Below are positions 9,282 through 19,920 of a stretch of DNA of 64,000 bases, in pieces (the first letter of the stretch is position 1; each line of letters opens with the position of its first letter). Origin of the DNA: an uncultured Verrucomicrobiae bacterium (lineage in GTDB: Bacteria > Verrucomicrobiota > Verrucomicrobiia > Chthoniobacterales > UBA10450); assembly GCA_963834385.1 (NCBI GenBank), contig CAWIBO010000005.1:320001-384000 (forward strand). The letters are read 5' to 3'. The notes under the pieces were generated by a model. It was not told the origin of the DNA and did no database searches. It worked only from the letters and a program-made list of their open reading frames with translations. The position numbers and the translations under genes were made by a program.

Positions 9282-10163
9282 GTGACCACTTCACCCAGGC
9301 TTCTCAGCGCCGCCGTCGGCAACATGCTTCTGGCGACGCTCGCCTTTGCGGTCATGAACGTCTTCGTGAAGCAACTCGACCGGATCCCGGTGATGGAGAT
9401 CGTCTTTTTTCGCTGCCTCGTCTCGGCCGCGCTTTGTTTCGCCGGGCTGCGCCGGGCCGGGCGCGACTGGAAAGGGCACAGCCGGGCCATGCTGATCGCG
9501 CGGGGCAGCTTCGGGACGCTGGCGCTCTTTTTCTTCTTCGTCACGATCCAGAACATGCCGCTGGCGACCGCGGTTACGATCCAATATCTCTCCCCGATCT
9601 TCACCGTCCTCCTTGGCGTGTTCCTGCTCGGGGAAAAAGTGCGCCCGTGGCAATGGCTCTTTTACGCGCTCGCCTTTGCCGGCGTGCTCGTGATCAAGGG
9701 ATTCGATCCGCGCATCTCAACCTTTTACCTGCTCGTCGGCATTCTCTCGGCGCTCTTCTCCGGGGTCGCCTACAACCTGGTGCGACGGCTGCGGGAACGC
9801 GAACATCCGCTCGTGGTGGTCCTGCATTTCCAGCTCGTCGGCGTGGTCGCCGGCCTGCTTTTCACCCTTTTCCAGTGGACCACGCCGACGCCGTGGGAAG
9901 GGTTCAGCCTCTTCATGTGCGGCGTGCTCACGCAGGTGGGCCAGCTTTGCCTGACCAAAGCGCTCCAGGCCGAGGCGGTGGCCAACGTCTCGATTCTCAA
10001 TTACACCGGGCTGATCTACGCGTTTGCCTTTGGCGTGCTCCTCTTCGGCGAACGTTACACCGGCACGGTGATCCTCGGGAGCGCGCTGGTCGTGGTCGGC
10101 GTGGTCTGCAGCGTCCTTTACAGCCGGCGCAAACGCCTGGCTGTGGCCGGCGCCGCGGCCTGA
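9282..10163 (+). CDS. DMT/EamA family transporter (start uncertain)
   Basis: About 10 TM segments, two EamA repeats (EIVFFR, MPLATAVTIQYLSPIF, LGEKV, FGERY). Confidence 0.9.
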   Translation: MTTSPRLLSAAVGNMLLATLAFAVMNVFVKQLDRIPVMEIVFFRCLVSAALCFAGLRRAGRDWKGHSRAMLIARGSFGTLALFFFFVTIQNMPLATAVTIQYLSPIFTVLLGVFLLGEKVRPWQWLFYALAFAGVLVIKGFDPRISTFYLLVGILSALFSGVAYNLVRRLREREHPLVVVLHFQLVGVVAGLLFTLFQWTTPTPWEGFSLFMCGVLTQVGQLCLTKALQAEAVANVSILNYTGLIYAFAFGVLLFGERYTGTVILGSALVVVGVVCSVLYSRRKRLAVAGAAA

Positions 10164-13045
10164 TCAGAAGGTGAGCGTCACGCCGCCGCTGACCGCGTTG
10201 CCGGAGTAATTGTTTCGGCCAAACTCGCCCTGGTAGAAGAGATACGTTGAGAAGCGCTCGTTCCAGGCCGCGGTGGCCCCGAATTGCACGAGGGCGCTGT
10301 CACGTCCGGTTCGCGGTCCCCAGACGGTGAAGGCGTCGCCCGCGCCGGAGGCGAGCCGGGAATCGATCGGATAAGCGCGTTCGCTGAAGTTATGATTCCA
10401 TGAGACCCGCAGCTCGGGACGGAGAGAAACGCCACGCAGCGCCAGGCTGGCCGACGCGCGCGCTCCCAGGGTGGTGCGAACGAAATCCTGCTCCTGATCC
10501 GGGAAATGCAGCGGCGCCAGCGACCCGGCTTCGGTGAAGGCGTCGAAATCCGCGTAGGTGTATTGCACGGAGCCCACCGGCCCGAGGCGAACATTCCGGA
10601 ACGTCCAATCGTAACCGGCCGCGGCGAGACCGTTGTATTCCATTCCGTTGGTGTCGCCGGTGGCGGCGCCGCCGAGCGCGCCGCGGCGAATATCGTAGCT
10701 GTTCAGCCCGGCGCTTCCCGCGAGGTCAAGATAGAAGCCGTTGGCCTGCATGGTTGAGAAGAGGGCGATCTTGCCTGCGTTTACTTCGAGATGGCCGTTA
10801 TTGGCCAGGTCCGCCCCGGTGTGGGCGAAGCTGCCGGCCAGGCCAAGGGCCCATTGGCTGGTCAGACGATAATCGGCGCCGAAAGTGAAAACGCCCGAGG
10901 CAAAATCGTAGCCGCGCGCATTGGAATCCTCGTTATCCACATTGGCGAACTGGCCGCTGCCGCTGGCAAAGAAGCCCCAGCGATTCCCGGCGGCTGGCGC
11001 AAAAGCGGGGGCCGGCGGTGCCGGATCGAGGACCGCCTTGCCTTCCGTCTTTTGCAGGAACCCGTAGGTGTCGCGCGCCTGGTATCCCGTCGAGGCGAAC
11101 CCAGTCGAGCCCGCGCGAATGGCGTCGGTCCGCTCCTGGATCTGGCTGGCCATGAGGGCGCCTTGCGCCCGGGCGATCTCGTAGATGGCGGCGAGTTCTT
11201 CGGGCGCGATCAGATCGTAAAGACCGGGAAGACTCTCCAGCGGTTGCGTCACAAGGAAGTCGATCAGGTCCGCCGCGCGCGGATCGTGCCGGGCGGAGTT
11301 GAGCATGTCGCCGGTCGATTCCTGGTTGGGCGTAAGCCCAGGCAGGGCATCGAAGGAGGAAACTTCGAAGCGGACATGAAAGTCAAAAGACCCGTAATAA
11401 ACGACGGGCTGGATCAAGCCGGTAAAGGTGCTCGTGACATCGTCAAAAGTGCCGGTGCGGCCGTTGGGAGTGAGCGTCACCCCGAGGGTGGCGACGTCCC
11501 CGGGATTGGGATCGTAATTATTGACGCGGACGAGGGCGAGGGTGCCGCCGAGGGAGAGTCCTGCTCTACGAGAACGGCATCATTTTCCCCGGTGCCGAAG
11601 CCCGGTCCGCCGATCCGGAGTTGCAGGGTTCCACCGTCCTGCGAGTAGCTGGCGGCCTTGAGCCCGTGTTGATCGTCGTGAAACCGCAAGGTGCCGCCGT
11701 GGACAATCACGTCGCTGTTCCCCACGCCCGCGCCGCCGATGGCCAGGACCCCTTCGTCCAGGGTGGTCGTGCCGGTGAAGGTGTTGAAAGAAACAAGGGG
11801 ATCAGCGGACTCCAAAGTCAGGGTGCCTGTTCCCACCTTCCTGAGCGAGCCGCCGGTGCCCCCCTGCAATCCGCCATCCTGGATGATGCCGGAAAAGAAG
11901 CTCACGCTGTCATCCGTACCAATGGTCAGCTCCTTGCTGCCGAGGTTGACGATGCCATCGCCATTGAGCGAGCCGATGGTTGTTCCTTCACTGAAAAGGC
12001 CGCTGATATCAAGGTTACCGCGCCCCTCGAGATGAACCCGGGCCATGTCGCCCGAGGCATACCAGATGAACTGGATGGAGCCTCCGCTCACGCCGTCACT
12101 CGCTTCCAGAAAGGCGGTGCCCGCATTTGAGCTCTGAAACACATTCGCCGGGGTTCCCGCGAAGAGAGTCACGCCTCCGTTTCCAAACTCGCTGCCGTAA
12201 CTCCGGATCCTGCTGTTCCCTGCCGTCGAGGTGTCAAAGAATTCCGTCCGGCCACCGTCCGCTCCGGCCACCGTGGCCCCATTGTTATCGATCTTGGCTT
12301 CCGCTGCGGTGGCGCTGTTCTGGAAAATGGTCCGGCCGGCCCCGGCGCCGACGGCCCCTCCCGGGTCATTCATAATGAAACTGTTCTCCGCGGTGCCGTT
12401 GAGAAAATTGGTGGAGCCGCCGAACGCGTCCGCGGTGACTCCGCCATAATTGATAAAAATTCCGTCGTCCGCGCTCGTGCCGGTGTCGAGGAATTGTGTG
12501 GCGCCACCCCCGGCGCCCGCGGCCTGGCCGCCTTCGTTGAGAAAGACGCCAAATCCGGCGCCCGACATGTCATAAAAATTCGTGATCCCCGGGACCGCGG
12601 CAATCAGAGCGCCGTTATTAAGGTAGGAAACGTCGGTCGCTTCGAGCAGGTTGGCGACGGCGGCACCCCTGAAGTGGATCTGGCCGTAGTCTCCGCCGGC
12701 CGAGGTTTCCGTCATCAACTCCTGCGGGTTTGCGGTTGAACTGGCGACCCCCGTGCCGCTGATGGTGAGCGTGTTGCCTGGCGTCGCCAGAATGTCGAAG
12801 GGATCACCGGTGAAAAGGATCGAATCCACCTCGGTATCGGCGGAGAGCGCGGGGGATGTGATCGAGGAAGTGTTGAAAATGGCATCGGCCGTGGAGGAGT
12901 TGGGCACGCCCGCGCTCCAGTTGGCCGCGTTATTCCAGTCGGAGTCGGCCGGCATGCTGCTCCAGGTGGTAGTCTGGGCCCGGGCCGGCAGGGAACAGGC
13001 GAGAGTGAGGATCAGGCAGGGAAGAAAGCGCTGGAGTGAATTCAT
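10164..13045 (-). CDS. Autotransporter (type Va) with PATR-containing passenger; single-base frameshift near 11560
   Basis: Signal peptide, WNNAANWS, Gly-rich beta-helix repeats, PATR repeat (LRKVGTGTLTL..NTFTGTTTLDEGVL), C-terminal barrel ending VTLTF. Adding one G at GAGCAG^GACTC joins the two ORFs (EQGLSLGGTLALVRVNNYDPNPGD). Confidence 0.85.
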
Positions 13046-13168
13046 AAGGGTTGGGATGTAGGTGGCGACGGGTCTTTTCCGTGGTTCCCCAAAACTCCCT
13101 TACCCGCGTAAGAATCAGCCGCTGCAGGGGAGGGAAAGCGGTTTATACCCGGTCGTCGAGAAAAAAGA

Positions 13169-14593
13169 CTATTCGCGCGCGCGGCAGAAGGGTGTGCCGC
13201 CCAGCTTGCGGCAGAGCGCGTCACCGATCTCCGAGACAATCTCGATCTTTGTCGGGTGATAATATTCGCCCGTGACCAGCTCGTGCACCGTGTGCTCGTG
13301 GTCGATGGCGTAGGCCGGCAGATGAATCAGGTTGGCCGCGTCCTGGCAAAGCAGGCCGGCGCCGAGCAGGCGGCCGTCGTCCGCGTCGGCGACAAATTCC
13401 CCAAAACCCATGAGGTCGCCGGCGAGGTGCAGCTTGCCGACATCCGCGCTCTCGGCTGAAGCGGTCACCACCTTGCACCCCGCTTTCTCGGCCGTCTCCC
13501 GGCTCTGGCCGGCGAAGGCAAACTCGGGATCGGAAAAGACGACCTGGATGTTGGAGCGGCGATCCCATTTGCGCCCGCTTTCATTCACCGCGTTTTCCGC
13601 GGCGATCCCGGCCTCGATGTGGGCCTGGTGCACCACCATGCGCAAACCGGCCACGTCGCCTGCGGCGAACAGATGGTCGCTGCCCTTTATGCGCATGTCC
13701 GGCTCGACCTCGAGTTTGCCGCGCTGGTTCGGAGCCACGCCGGCGGCATCGAGGTTCAGGGTTCCGAGGTTGGGGCGGCGCCCGGTGGCGATAAGGACAC
13801 GTTCGCTCCGGAGAGTGTGGCCGTTCGGCGAGCCTTGCGTGCGGACGTCGAATTCGCTCCCGGCGCGATCGATTCCCAGCAACGTCTGCCCGAGGAGAAT
13901 GCGGACACCTTCGCCCTCGTAGATTTTTTGCAGGCGCTCGCCGAACTGCGGCGGAAACTTTGAAAGCAGGGCGGACCGCGAAAGGATGGTGACCTCGCAG
14001 CCGAGCCGCGCATAGCGCAGGGCGAACTCGAGGCCGACAGGCCCGGCTCCGATGACCGCAAGTGACTTTGGGAGCACCGTGTTCGCGAGAATTTCGTTGT
14101 TGGTCCAGGCGTCCTCCGGGCCGATCGGGACGCGAACCTCATCCGGGATCCAGTTCTTCGATCCACTGGCGATGATGGCGGCGTCGAAATGATGACGTTC
14201 CACACCGTCATCGAGTTCGTGCGGCCCGAGGAAGCGCGCGTTGCGCCCGATGATCTGAAAGTCCGGGCCCTGGAGCCGCGCAAGCTCCTGTTCGCGGTAA
14301 TACCGGAAACGGGCGATCTCGCGGTCTTTCCAGGCCACGATCTGGGCGAGAAAATCCTCCGGTTGCCGGGGCCGCACCTCCAGCCAGCCATGGCGGCGCG
14401 CGTGATGCATCGCGTCGATTGGTTCGAAGATCGCCTTCGAGGGCATGCAACCGCGCTCGATGCAAAGCGAGGCGTGCGCTCCCCGTTCCCCCAGGAAGAG
14501 GAGCACACGCGCGCCCAGTTCGCGTGCGGTCCGCGCGGCGGTCAGGCCGGCGGAACCGCCGCCGAGGATGGCGATGGTCCGGGGTTTGGTCAT
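13169..14593 (-). CDS. Pyridine nucleotide-disulfide oxidoreductase (dihydrolipoyl dehydrogenase-like)
   Basis: GGGSAG FAD motif, CIERGC redox disulfide, GAGPVGLE, FAAGD, C-terminal HPTKIE. Confidence 0.85.
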   Translation of the reverse strand: MTKPRTIAILGGGSAGLTAARTARELGARVLLFLGERGAHASLCIERGCMPSKAIFEPIDAMHHARRHGWLEVRPRQPEDFLAQIVAWKDREIARFRYYREQELARLQGPDFQIIGRNARFLGPHELDDGVERHHFDAAIIASGSKNWIPDEVRVPIGPEDAWTNNEILANTVLPKSLAVIGAGPVGLEFALRYARLGCEVTILSRSALLSKFPPQFGERLQKIYEGEGVRILLGQTLLGIDRAGSEFDVRTQGSPNGHTLRSERVLIATGRRPNLGTLNLDAAGVAPNQRGKLEVEPDMRIKGSDHLFAAGDVAGLRMVVHQAHIEAGIAAENAVNESGRKWDRRSNIQVVFSDPEFAFAGQSRETAEKAGCKVVTASAESADVGKLHLAGDLMGFGEFVADADDGRLLGAGLLCQDAANLIHLPAYAIDHEHTVHELVTGEYYHPTKIEIVSEIGDALCRKLGGTPFCRARE

Positions 14594-14713
14594 GAAGACG
14601 CGCCCAATCTTTCACGGAACCCGCCGGATGCCCAGTCCCTCCTGCCATGCCGGGCGCGCGAGGTCCGGTCGAAAAAGTGAGCCCGGGTCCGGGCGCGGCG
14701 CCGTATTCCCAGT

Positions 14714-14956
14714 ATGGCGAAGAAAAAAACCGAACAGCAGAAACGAGCGGCCAAGTTCAGCAAGGGCGACAAGGTCACGTGGAAAACGTCGCAGGGAAAA
14801 ACGAGCGGCACCGTCGTGCGGGTGGTGAAATCCGAGACCAAGGTTAAAGGGCACAAAGCCTCGGCCTCCAAGAAGAAGCCGCAGGTGATGGTGAAGAGCG
14901 CAAAGAGCGGCAAACGCGCGGTGCATAAGCCGGGTTCGCTGAAAAAGAAGAGCTAG
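14714..14956 (+). CDS. DUF2945 / HVA1 TUDOR-like small basic protein
   Basis: FSKGDKVTW.T..G.T.G.V...P...VKS.KSGK.AVHKP..L pattern. Confidence 0.8.
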   Translation: MAKKKTEQQKRAAKFSKGDKVTWKTSQGKTSGTVVRVVKSETKVKGHKASASKKKPQVMVKSAKSGKRAVHKPGSLKKKS

Positions 14957-14998
14957 GGCGGGGGTTTGACCGGGGCGCAGCCGGGCCGATGGTTTTCC

Positions 14999-15997
14999 AT
15001 GCGCATAATCCTGGCAGCGGTTTTTGCGACGGTCCTTGGCCTGACGGTCGAGGTGAAGGCGGCGGAGGTCGCGGGCGAAAACGGGGGGAGCAGCAAAGGC
15101 TACATCAGCACCGACGACGGGACCCGGCTCTATTATGAGAAGGCCGGGTCGGGACCGACCATCATTCTCCCGCTGCATCTCTTCACCTTCGAAGCTTTCC
15201 GTTCGCTGGCGGACAAGTTCACCGTCATCGCCTACGACACGCGGGGGCGGGGACAGTCCGACGCGATTCCGGACGCGGAGAAGGCAAAAATGCTGGGCAT
15301 CCGGCATGACCTCGCGGACCTCGAACGGGTCCGTAAACATTTCGGAGCGGAGAAGGTTCACCTCATCGGCTACTCCTACACCGGCATGCTCATTGTCATG
15401 TATGCCATGGAACACCCGGCGCGGGTGCAGCGACTGGTGCAATTGGGGCCGGTGCCGATCAAGTTCGGGACGGAATACCCGAAGAATCTCACGGCCACCG
15501 ATGAGCCGGGCGACCCAAAGGAATGGCAGGAACTGCGCCGCCTCCGGAAGGAGAACTTTCACGAGACGCAGCCGAAAGAGTATTGTCTAAGAGAGAACCG
15601 ATTTCTTCGGGCGCGCCTGGTGGGCGATCCGGCGAACGCGGAGAAGATCAGCCTCGGGCCGTGCGAACATGCGAACGAGTGGCCGATCAACCTCGCCAAA
15701 CACTTCGAGTTCTCCTTCGGCTCGGTGCAGAAGCTTGAGCTCGACAAAGAGAAGATCGCAGAAGTTGAGGCGCCGGTCCTGACCGTGCATGGCCGGAAGG
15801 ACCGCAACGCGCCGTATGGAGCGGGGCGGGAATGGGCGTTTACCCTGCCGAACGCGCGCCTGCTCACCATCCCGGGCGCGGCCCACCAGGCGTTCTCCGA
15901 GTTCCCGGATATCGTGCTGCCGGCAGTGCGAACGTTCCTCTCGGGAGATTGGCCGGAAGGAGTTGAGAAGGTGACGGCGCTCGAGCCGTCGGCCTGA
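14999..15997 (+). CDS. Secreted alpha/beta hydrolase (proline iminopeptidase-like)
   Basis: Signal peptide; DGTRLYY, YDTRGRGQS, GYSYTG elbow, HGRKD, GAAH. Confidence 0.85.
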   Translation: MRIILAAVFATVLGLTVEVKAAEVAGENGGSSKGYISTDDGTRLYYEKAGSGPTIILPLHLFTFEAFRSLADKFTVIAYDTRGRGQSDAIPDAEKAKMLGIRHDLADLERVRKHFGAEKVHLIGYSYTGMLIVMYAMEHPARVQRLVQLGPVPIKFGTEYPKNLTATDEPGDPKEWQELRRLRKENFHETQPKEYCLRENRFLRARLVGDPANAEKISLGPCEHANEWPINLAKHFEFSFGSVQKLELDKEKIAEVEAPVLTVHGRKDRNAPYGAGREWAFTLPNARLLTIPGAAHQAFSEFPDIVLPAVRTFLSGDWPEGVEKVTALEPSA

Positions 15998-16018
15998 GCC
16001 GGCGCACCTGGGTTCCGC

Positions 16019-17050
16019 ATGAACGAGAGCGAACCGGCGCCGCGTCCGCCGCGGCGTCCGCGTTACCGCGGGAAGAACCCGCGGCGGTTTGAGGAGAAAT
16101 ACAAGGAGCGTGACCCGGCGCGTTATGGCGAGACGGTGGCGAAGGTTCTCGCGTCGGGGAAAACGCCCGCGGGCAGCCATCGCCCGGTCATGGTGACGGA
16201 AGTGCTCGAGGTCCTCGCGCCCCGGCCGGGCGAGACCGCGGCTGATTGCACGCTCGGTTTTGGAGGTCACGCCCGTGAAGTGATGGAGCGCCTTCGACCG
16301 GGCGGACGGTTGCTTGGGCTCGACGCCGACCCAATCGAGTTGCCCCGGACCGAGGCCCGCCTGCGCGCGCTTGGGTTCGACGAACTGGTGGTGGTGCAAA
16401 GCAACTTTGCCGGCCTGGCCCGGGCGCTTGCGCGGGTCGGATGGCCGGGCGCCGACATTATCCTGGCCGATCTGGGCGTTTCCTCGATGCAACTGGACGA
16501 TCCGAGCCGCGGATTTTCGATGAAGCACGACGGACCGCTCGACATGCGAATGAACCCGGGCAAGGGGCAGTCGGCCGCCGCGTTGCTGGAGAAGATCAGC
16601 GCGGCGAAGCTTGCCGCGATCCTGCGGGAGAACGCGGACGAACCCGCGGCGGACATCCTGGGGGCGGCGCTCTCGGGCAAAAAGTTTGCGGGCACGCTGG
16701 AGCTGGCGGCAGCGATCAGGGCAGCCGTGCCGGGACACGACAGCGAAGCGACGGAGCTGTCCGTTCGTCGTGTCTTCCAGGCGCTGCGCATCGCCGTGAA
16801 TGAAGAGTTCGGCGCGCTCGAGACGTTCCTGCGTTCCCTGCCGCAGTGCCTGAACCCGGGTGGCCGTGTGGCCATCCTTTCCTTCCACTCCGGGGAGGAT
16901 CGCCGGGTAAAGAAAGCCTTCGCGGCCGGTCAGCGAGACGGCCTTTACGCGGAGGTGAGCCGTGAAGTCATTCGGCCAGGCAGCGCGGAACGCGGCGCCA
17001 ACCCGCGGTCGGTCCCGGCCAAACTGCGCTGGGCGAAGCGCGGAACCTAG
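16019..17050 (+). CDS. rsmH: 16S rRNA m4C1402 methyltransferase RsmH/MraW family, N-terminally extended paralog
   Basis: HRPVM, DCTLGFGGH, DLGVSSMQLD, GPLDMRM, FQALRIAVNEE, SFHSGEDRRVK, NPRS..AKLR. Confidence 0.9.
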   Translation: MNESEPAPRPPRRPRYRGKNPRRFEEKYKERDPARYGETVAKVLASGKTPAGSHRPVMVTEVLEVLAPRPGETAADCTLGFGGHAREVMERLRPGGRLLGLDADPIELPRTEARLRALGFDELVVVQSNFAGLARALARVGWPGADIILADLGVSSMQLDDPSRGFSMKHDGPLDMRMNPGKGQSAAALLEKISAAKLAAILRENADEPAADILGAALSGKKFAGTLELAAAIRAAVPGHDSEATELSVRRVFQALRIAVNEEFGALETFLRSLPQCLNPGGRVAILSFHSGEDRRVKKAFAAGQRDGLYAEVSREVIRPGSAERGANPRSVPAKLRWAKRGT

Positions 17051-17370
17051 TCAGTCCAGGCGACGCTGACGACCTGCTCGATTTCGGTTTTGCCGCCCGC
17101 CTCGGCGATTTCTTCCACGCCCGTCTTGATCGTGACACGACATTTCCGACCGACGAATTTTTCCGGGTCGTTCAGCACCGCCTCGACCGAGGAGTCGGGT
17201 CGCAGGATGAAGTAGGAGACGGCTTTGCCATCGCCCGTGCGCATTTGCCAATGGGCATAATCGCCCTGCTCAATGCCCTGGAAAGAACCCTCGACCACCC
17301 GGGTTTTGGAATCTTCCGCCCGGGCGAAGGTGAAAGCGGTCAGGCAGCAAAGCAAAAGTAACGATCTCAT
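17047..17370 (-). CDS. Hypothetical secreted protein
   Basis: Signal peptide ending ARA; GIEQGDYAH motif. Confidence 0.65.
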   Translation of the reverse strand: MRSLLLLCCLTAFTFARAEDSKTRVVEGSFQGIEQGDYAHWQMRTGDGKAVSYFILRPDSSVEAVLNDPEKFVGRKCRVTIKTGVEEIAEAGGKTEIEQVVSVAWTD

Positions 17371-17439
17371 CCCGCGAGGTTGGCAGGATTCAACGGCGTG
17401 CGCAATTCGCCATCCAAGGGGGTGGATTTCGCCGCCTCG

Positions 17440-18166
17440 CTATTTTGCCGGCGAGATCAGGTAGATGACGTGCAGGCTTTGGTTGGCCGTGACCGGGGCC
17501 AGCCGATACTGCGACGGGTCTGGTTGCGCCATTTCGCGGGCGGCGATAAGCAATCGGACCCTGGCGGCCGAAGATTCGGCCGGAGATTTCCGGGAAAGGC
17601 ACCGGCGAGATGGCGAAAACCGAATCGATCTTCATCCCGGCGGCCTTGAGCGCGCGGTCGGCGTGAGCGCGCGCATCGGCCAGCGCCTTGTCCCAGGCTT
17701 CGTCGGCCATCTCCTTTTCCTTCTCCAGCCCGGGCTCGACGCCACCGAGCTCGAGACCGTTGATTGCCAGAAGTTGATCGATGAGGGCCGGCAGAGTGGT
17801 GAGGTCGCGCAGTTTGACCGTGAATGAACGGTTGACCTTGTAACCGATGAGTTTTCCGACCTTGCCCGGGTCCTGCGGATCCCGCTCGTATTCCGCTTCG
17901 GAGCGGATGTCACCGGCGACGACATCCTGCTGCGCCACCTTGCGCTGGTTGAGCAGGGCGAGGATCGAGGTGGCCGTGGCCTGCACCTCCTTGTTGGCGG
18001 CGGCCTGTTCCGGGGCGCGCGCGAAAATCTCAAAGCGGAGTTTCGCGAGGTCGGCCGCTTTTTCGACCTCCGCTTTGCCTTCGACGTATATATATGGTTG
18101 CGAGGGAAGGCCGCCCTGTCCGAGGAGGGTGAGAGGGAGAAGAAAGAGAGCGAGCAGGATTCTCAT
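17440..18166 (-). CDS. SIMPL/DUF541 domain protein; +1 frameshift near 17545
   Basis: Signal peptide; IYVEGKAEV...D.A, GYKVNRSFTVKLRD, ALADARAHA. Removing one base at GCTTAT(C)GCCGCC restores AYAAREMAQPDPSQYRLAPVTANQSLHVIYLISPAK*. Confidence 0.8.
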
Positions 18167-18261
18167 GCCATAACGGTGGCGGCACCGGGCGGTCCCGGCA
18201 AACGGCTTGATTGCCACAGGGAGTGCCGTCCGCGATACTCCGGCAGGCCGGTGCCCCCCCG

Positions 18262-19428
18262 ATGAAACCATCCAGACTCCTTCTTGTTCTTTTCTGCGGA
18301 TTGGTCGTGGGCATCCTGGTCGATCGTTTCCTGCTGCCGCGCGTTTCGGACAGTGCGAATGCTTCGCCCCGCGGTGAGGAAAGGGCCGGCGCGGAACCAG
18401 GCGACGCGAAGAGGGAGTCTGTGACATCCGCGCAGGCCGACGCCGAAGAAGTTTCCGCGGCGGCGGAGAACGCGTCCGCCGACCAGCCGACCCTGGATGC
18501 GATCCTGGCCCTGACCGACCGGGGCCGGCGGACGCGGGCGTTGCAGGCTTACATCAATCGGCTGTCGCCGACCGAGTTCGCCGGGGCTTTGCAGAGCCTT
18601 GGCCGGATCACGAGCACAAACGAACGCGAACTGGCTTCGCGCCTGCTGGTCGCGGCCTGGGTGGAAGCCGACCCAGATGGCGCCCTGCAATTCGCGGCTT
18701 CCAACCGCGGGTATGAATACCTGGCCGAGGATGTTTTTTTGCACCGGGCCGCGAACGATTTCGACGGGGCGCTGACGCAGGCGCAGGCCCTCCCGGGGAA
18801 CGAGCTGCGTTATCGCGCCCTGCGCGGTCTCCTGCAGTTCAGGGCCGACACCGACCCGGCGGGAGCGGTGCAACTGGCGCTGACTCTGGGCGAGTTTCCG
18901 GGTAACGAATCGCTGACCGGCGCGGTTTACCGGCAATGGGCCAAAGTCGATCCCGAGGAAGCGGCGCGGCAGGCCGCGCTGAACAACACCGGGCAGGGCT
19001 GGCGTTCGCCGGTGCAACAGGTGGTGGGCACGTGGGCCGACCAGGACCCGGTCGCGGCCGCGAAATGGTCGTTGACCCTGCCCGACGCGGAGACGCGCGC
19101 GCGTTCCGTTTCCGAAGTGATGCGTGATTGGAGCCGCGAAGATCCGGGCGCGGCGGCGAACTGGATCCACAGCCTGCCGCAGGGTGCGGAAAGGGATGCG
19201 GCGGTGGCGGGTTATGCTTATTCCGTGGCCGGCACCGAGCCGCAGGTGGCGCTGGAGTGGGTCGCGACGATGAGTGATGAAAGTGCGCGCCAGCGCACCC
19301 TGCAACGGGTGGGTCGCATCGTGATGTGGCGCGATCCGCAAAATGGTCCCGCACTCCTGCAGGCGGCCGGAGTTCCGGCAGACCAGATCGTCACGCCGCG
19401 TCGACGCCGCGGCGACGGCGACCGCTAG
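18262..19428 (+). CDS. Membrane-anchored alpha-helical repeat protein
   Basis: N-terminal TM; about 8 repeats of W/x-xx-DPxxAxxW/x spaced ~30-33 aa. Confidence 0.75.
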   Translation: MKPSRLLLVLFCGLVVGILVDRFLLPRVSDSANASPRGEERAGAEPGDAKRESVTSAQADAEEVSAAAENASADQPTLDAILALTDRGRRTRALQAYINRLSPTEFAGALQSLGRITSTNERELASRLLVAAWVEADPDGALQFAASNRGYEYLAEDVFLHRAANDFDGALTQAQALPGNELRYRALRGLLQFRADTDPAGAVQLALTLGEFPGNESLTGAVYRQWAKVDPEEAARQAALNNTGQGWRSPVQQVVGTWADQDPVAAAKWSLTLPDAETRARSVSEVMRDWSREDPGAAANWIHSLPQGAERDAAVAGYAYSVAGTEPQVALEWVATMSDESARQRTLQRVGRIVMWRDPQNGPALLQAAGVPADQIVTPRRRRGDGDR

Positions 19429-19469
19429 GAAATGCCATGAACCGGGCGTGCAATCCGGTAGATTTGCGC

Positions 19470-19886
19470 ATGAAGATTTCGCGCCGAGGCCTCGCCGGTC
19501 TTGTTATTGTCCTCACCGCGGCCAGCCTGGTCGCCGAACTTCCTCCTTCAGCCTACGAACAACTTCAGGCCGAAGCGCCTGAGGTCGTCGAGATCGAGGT
19601 GCAATCTGTGCGCGTGACGAAGTCGGCCAAATCGGAAGGGATGCGGACGGAGGTCCGCGCACTTGCCGCTATCAGGAAGGTGACGCGAACCGCCACCGGG
19701 TTGAAGCCCGGCGACACGGTCAGCCTCAATTATTCCCGCCTCGAGTTCCGGGTGCCGACGCCGGGGCCGGGTCAGCCGGTCCTGGTGAAGAAAGGCGAAC
19801 GCTACCGCGCCTTCCTGGAGCGCGCAGCCAAGTCCGAGGCCTACACCATCGCCGCGGGCGGGCAGAGTTTTCAGCGCGCGGAGTGA
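19470..19886 (+). CDS. Hypothetical secreted protein
   Basis: Signal peptide followed by ELPPSAYEQLQAEAPE; coding-like composition. Confidence 0.65.
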   Translation: MKISRRGLAGLVIVLTAASLVAELPPSAYEQLQAEAPEVVEIEVQSVRVTKSAKSEGMRTEVRALAAIRKVTRTATGLKPGDTVSLNYSRLEFRVPTPGPGQPVLVKKGERYRAFLERAAKSEAYTIAAGGQSFQRAE

Positions 19887-19920
19887 ACGTCCGGGCAAAC
19901 GGCCGCCGCGGAAAACTCCT

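Noticed and set aside
13169..14593. Mercuric reductase MerA
   Set aside because: Lacks the C-terminal vicinal Cys-Cys pair and the NmerA domain; has an Lpd-like HPTxxE; no mer genes nearby
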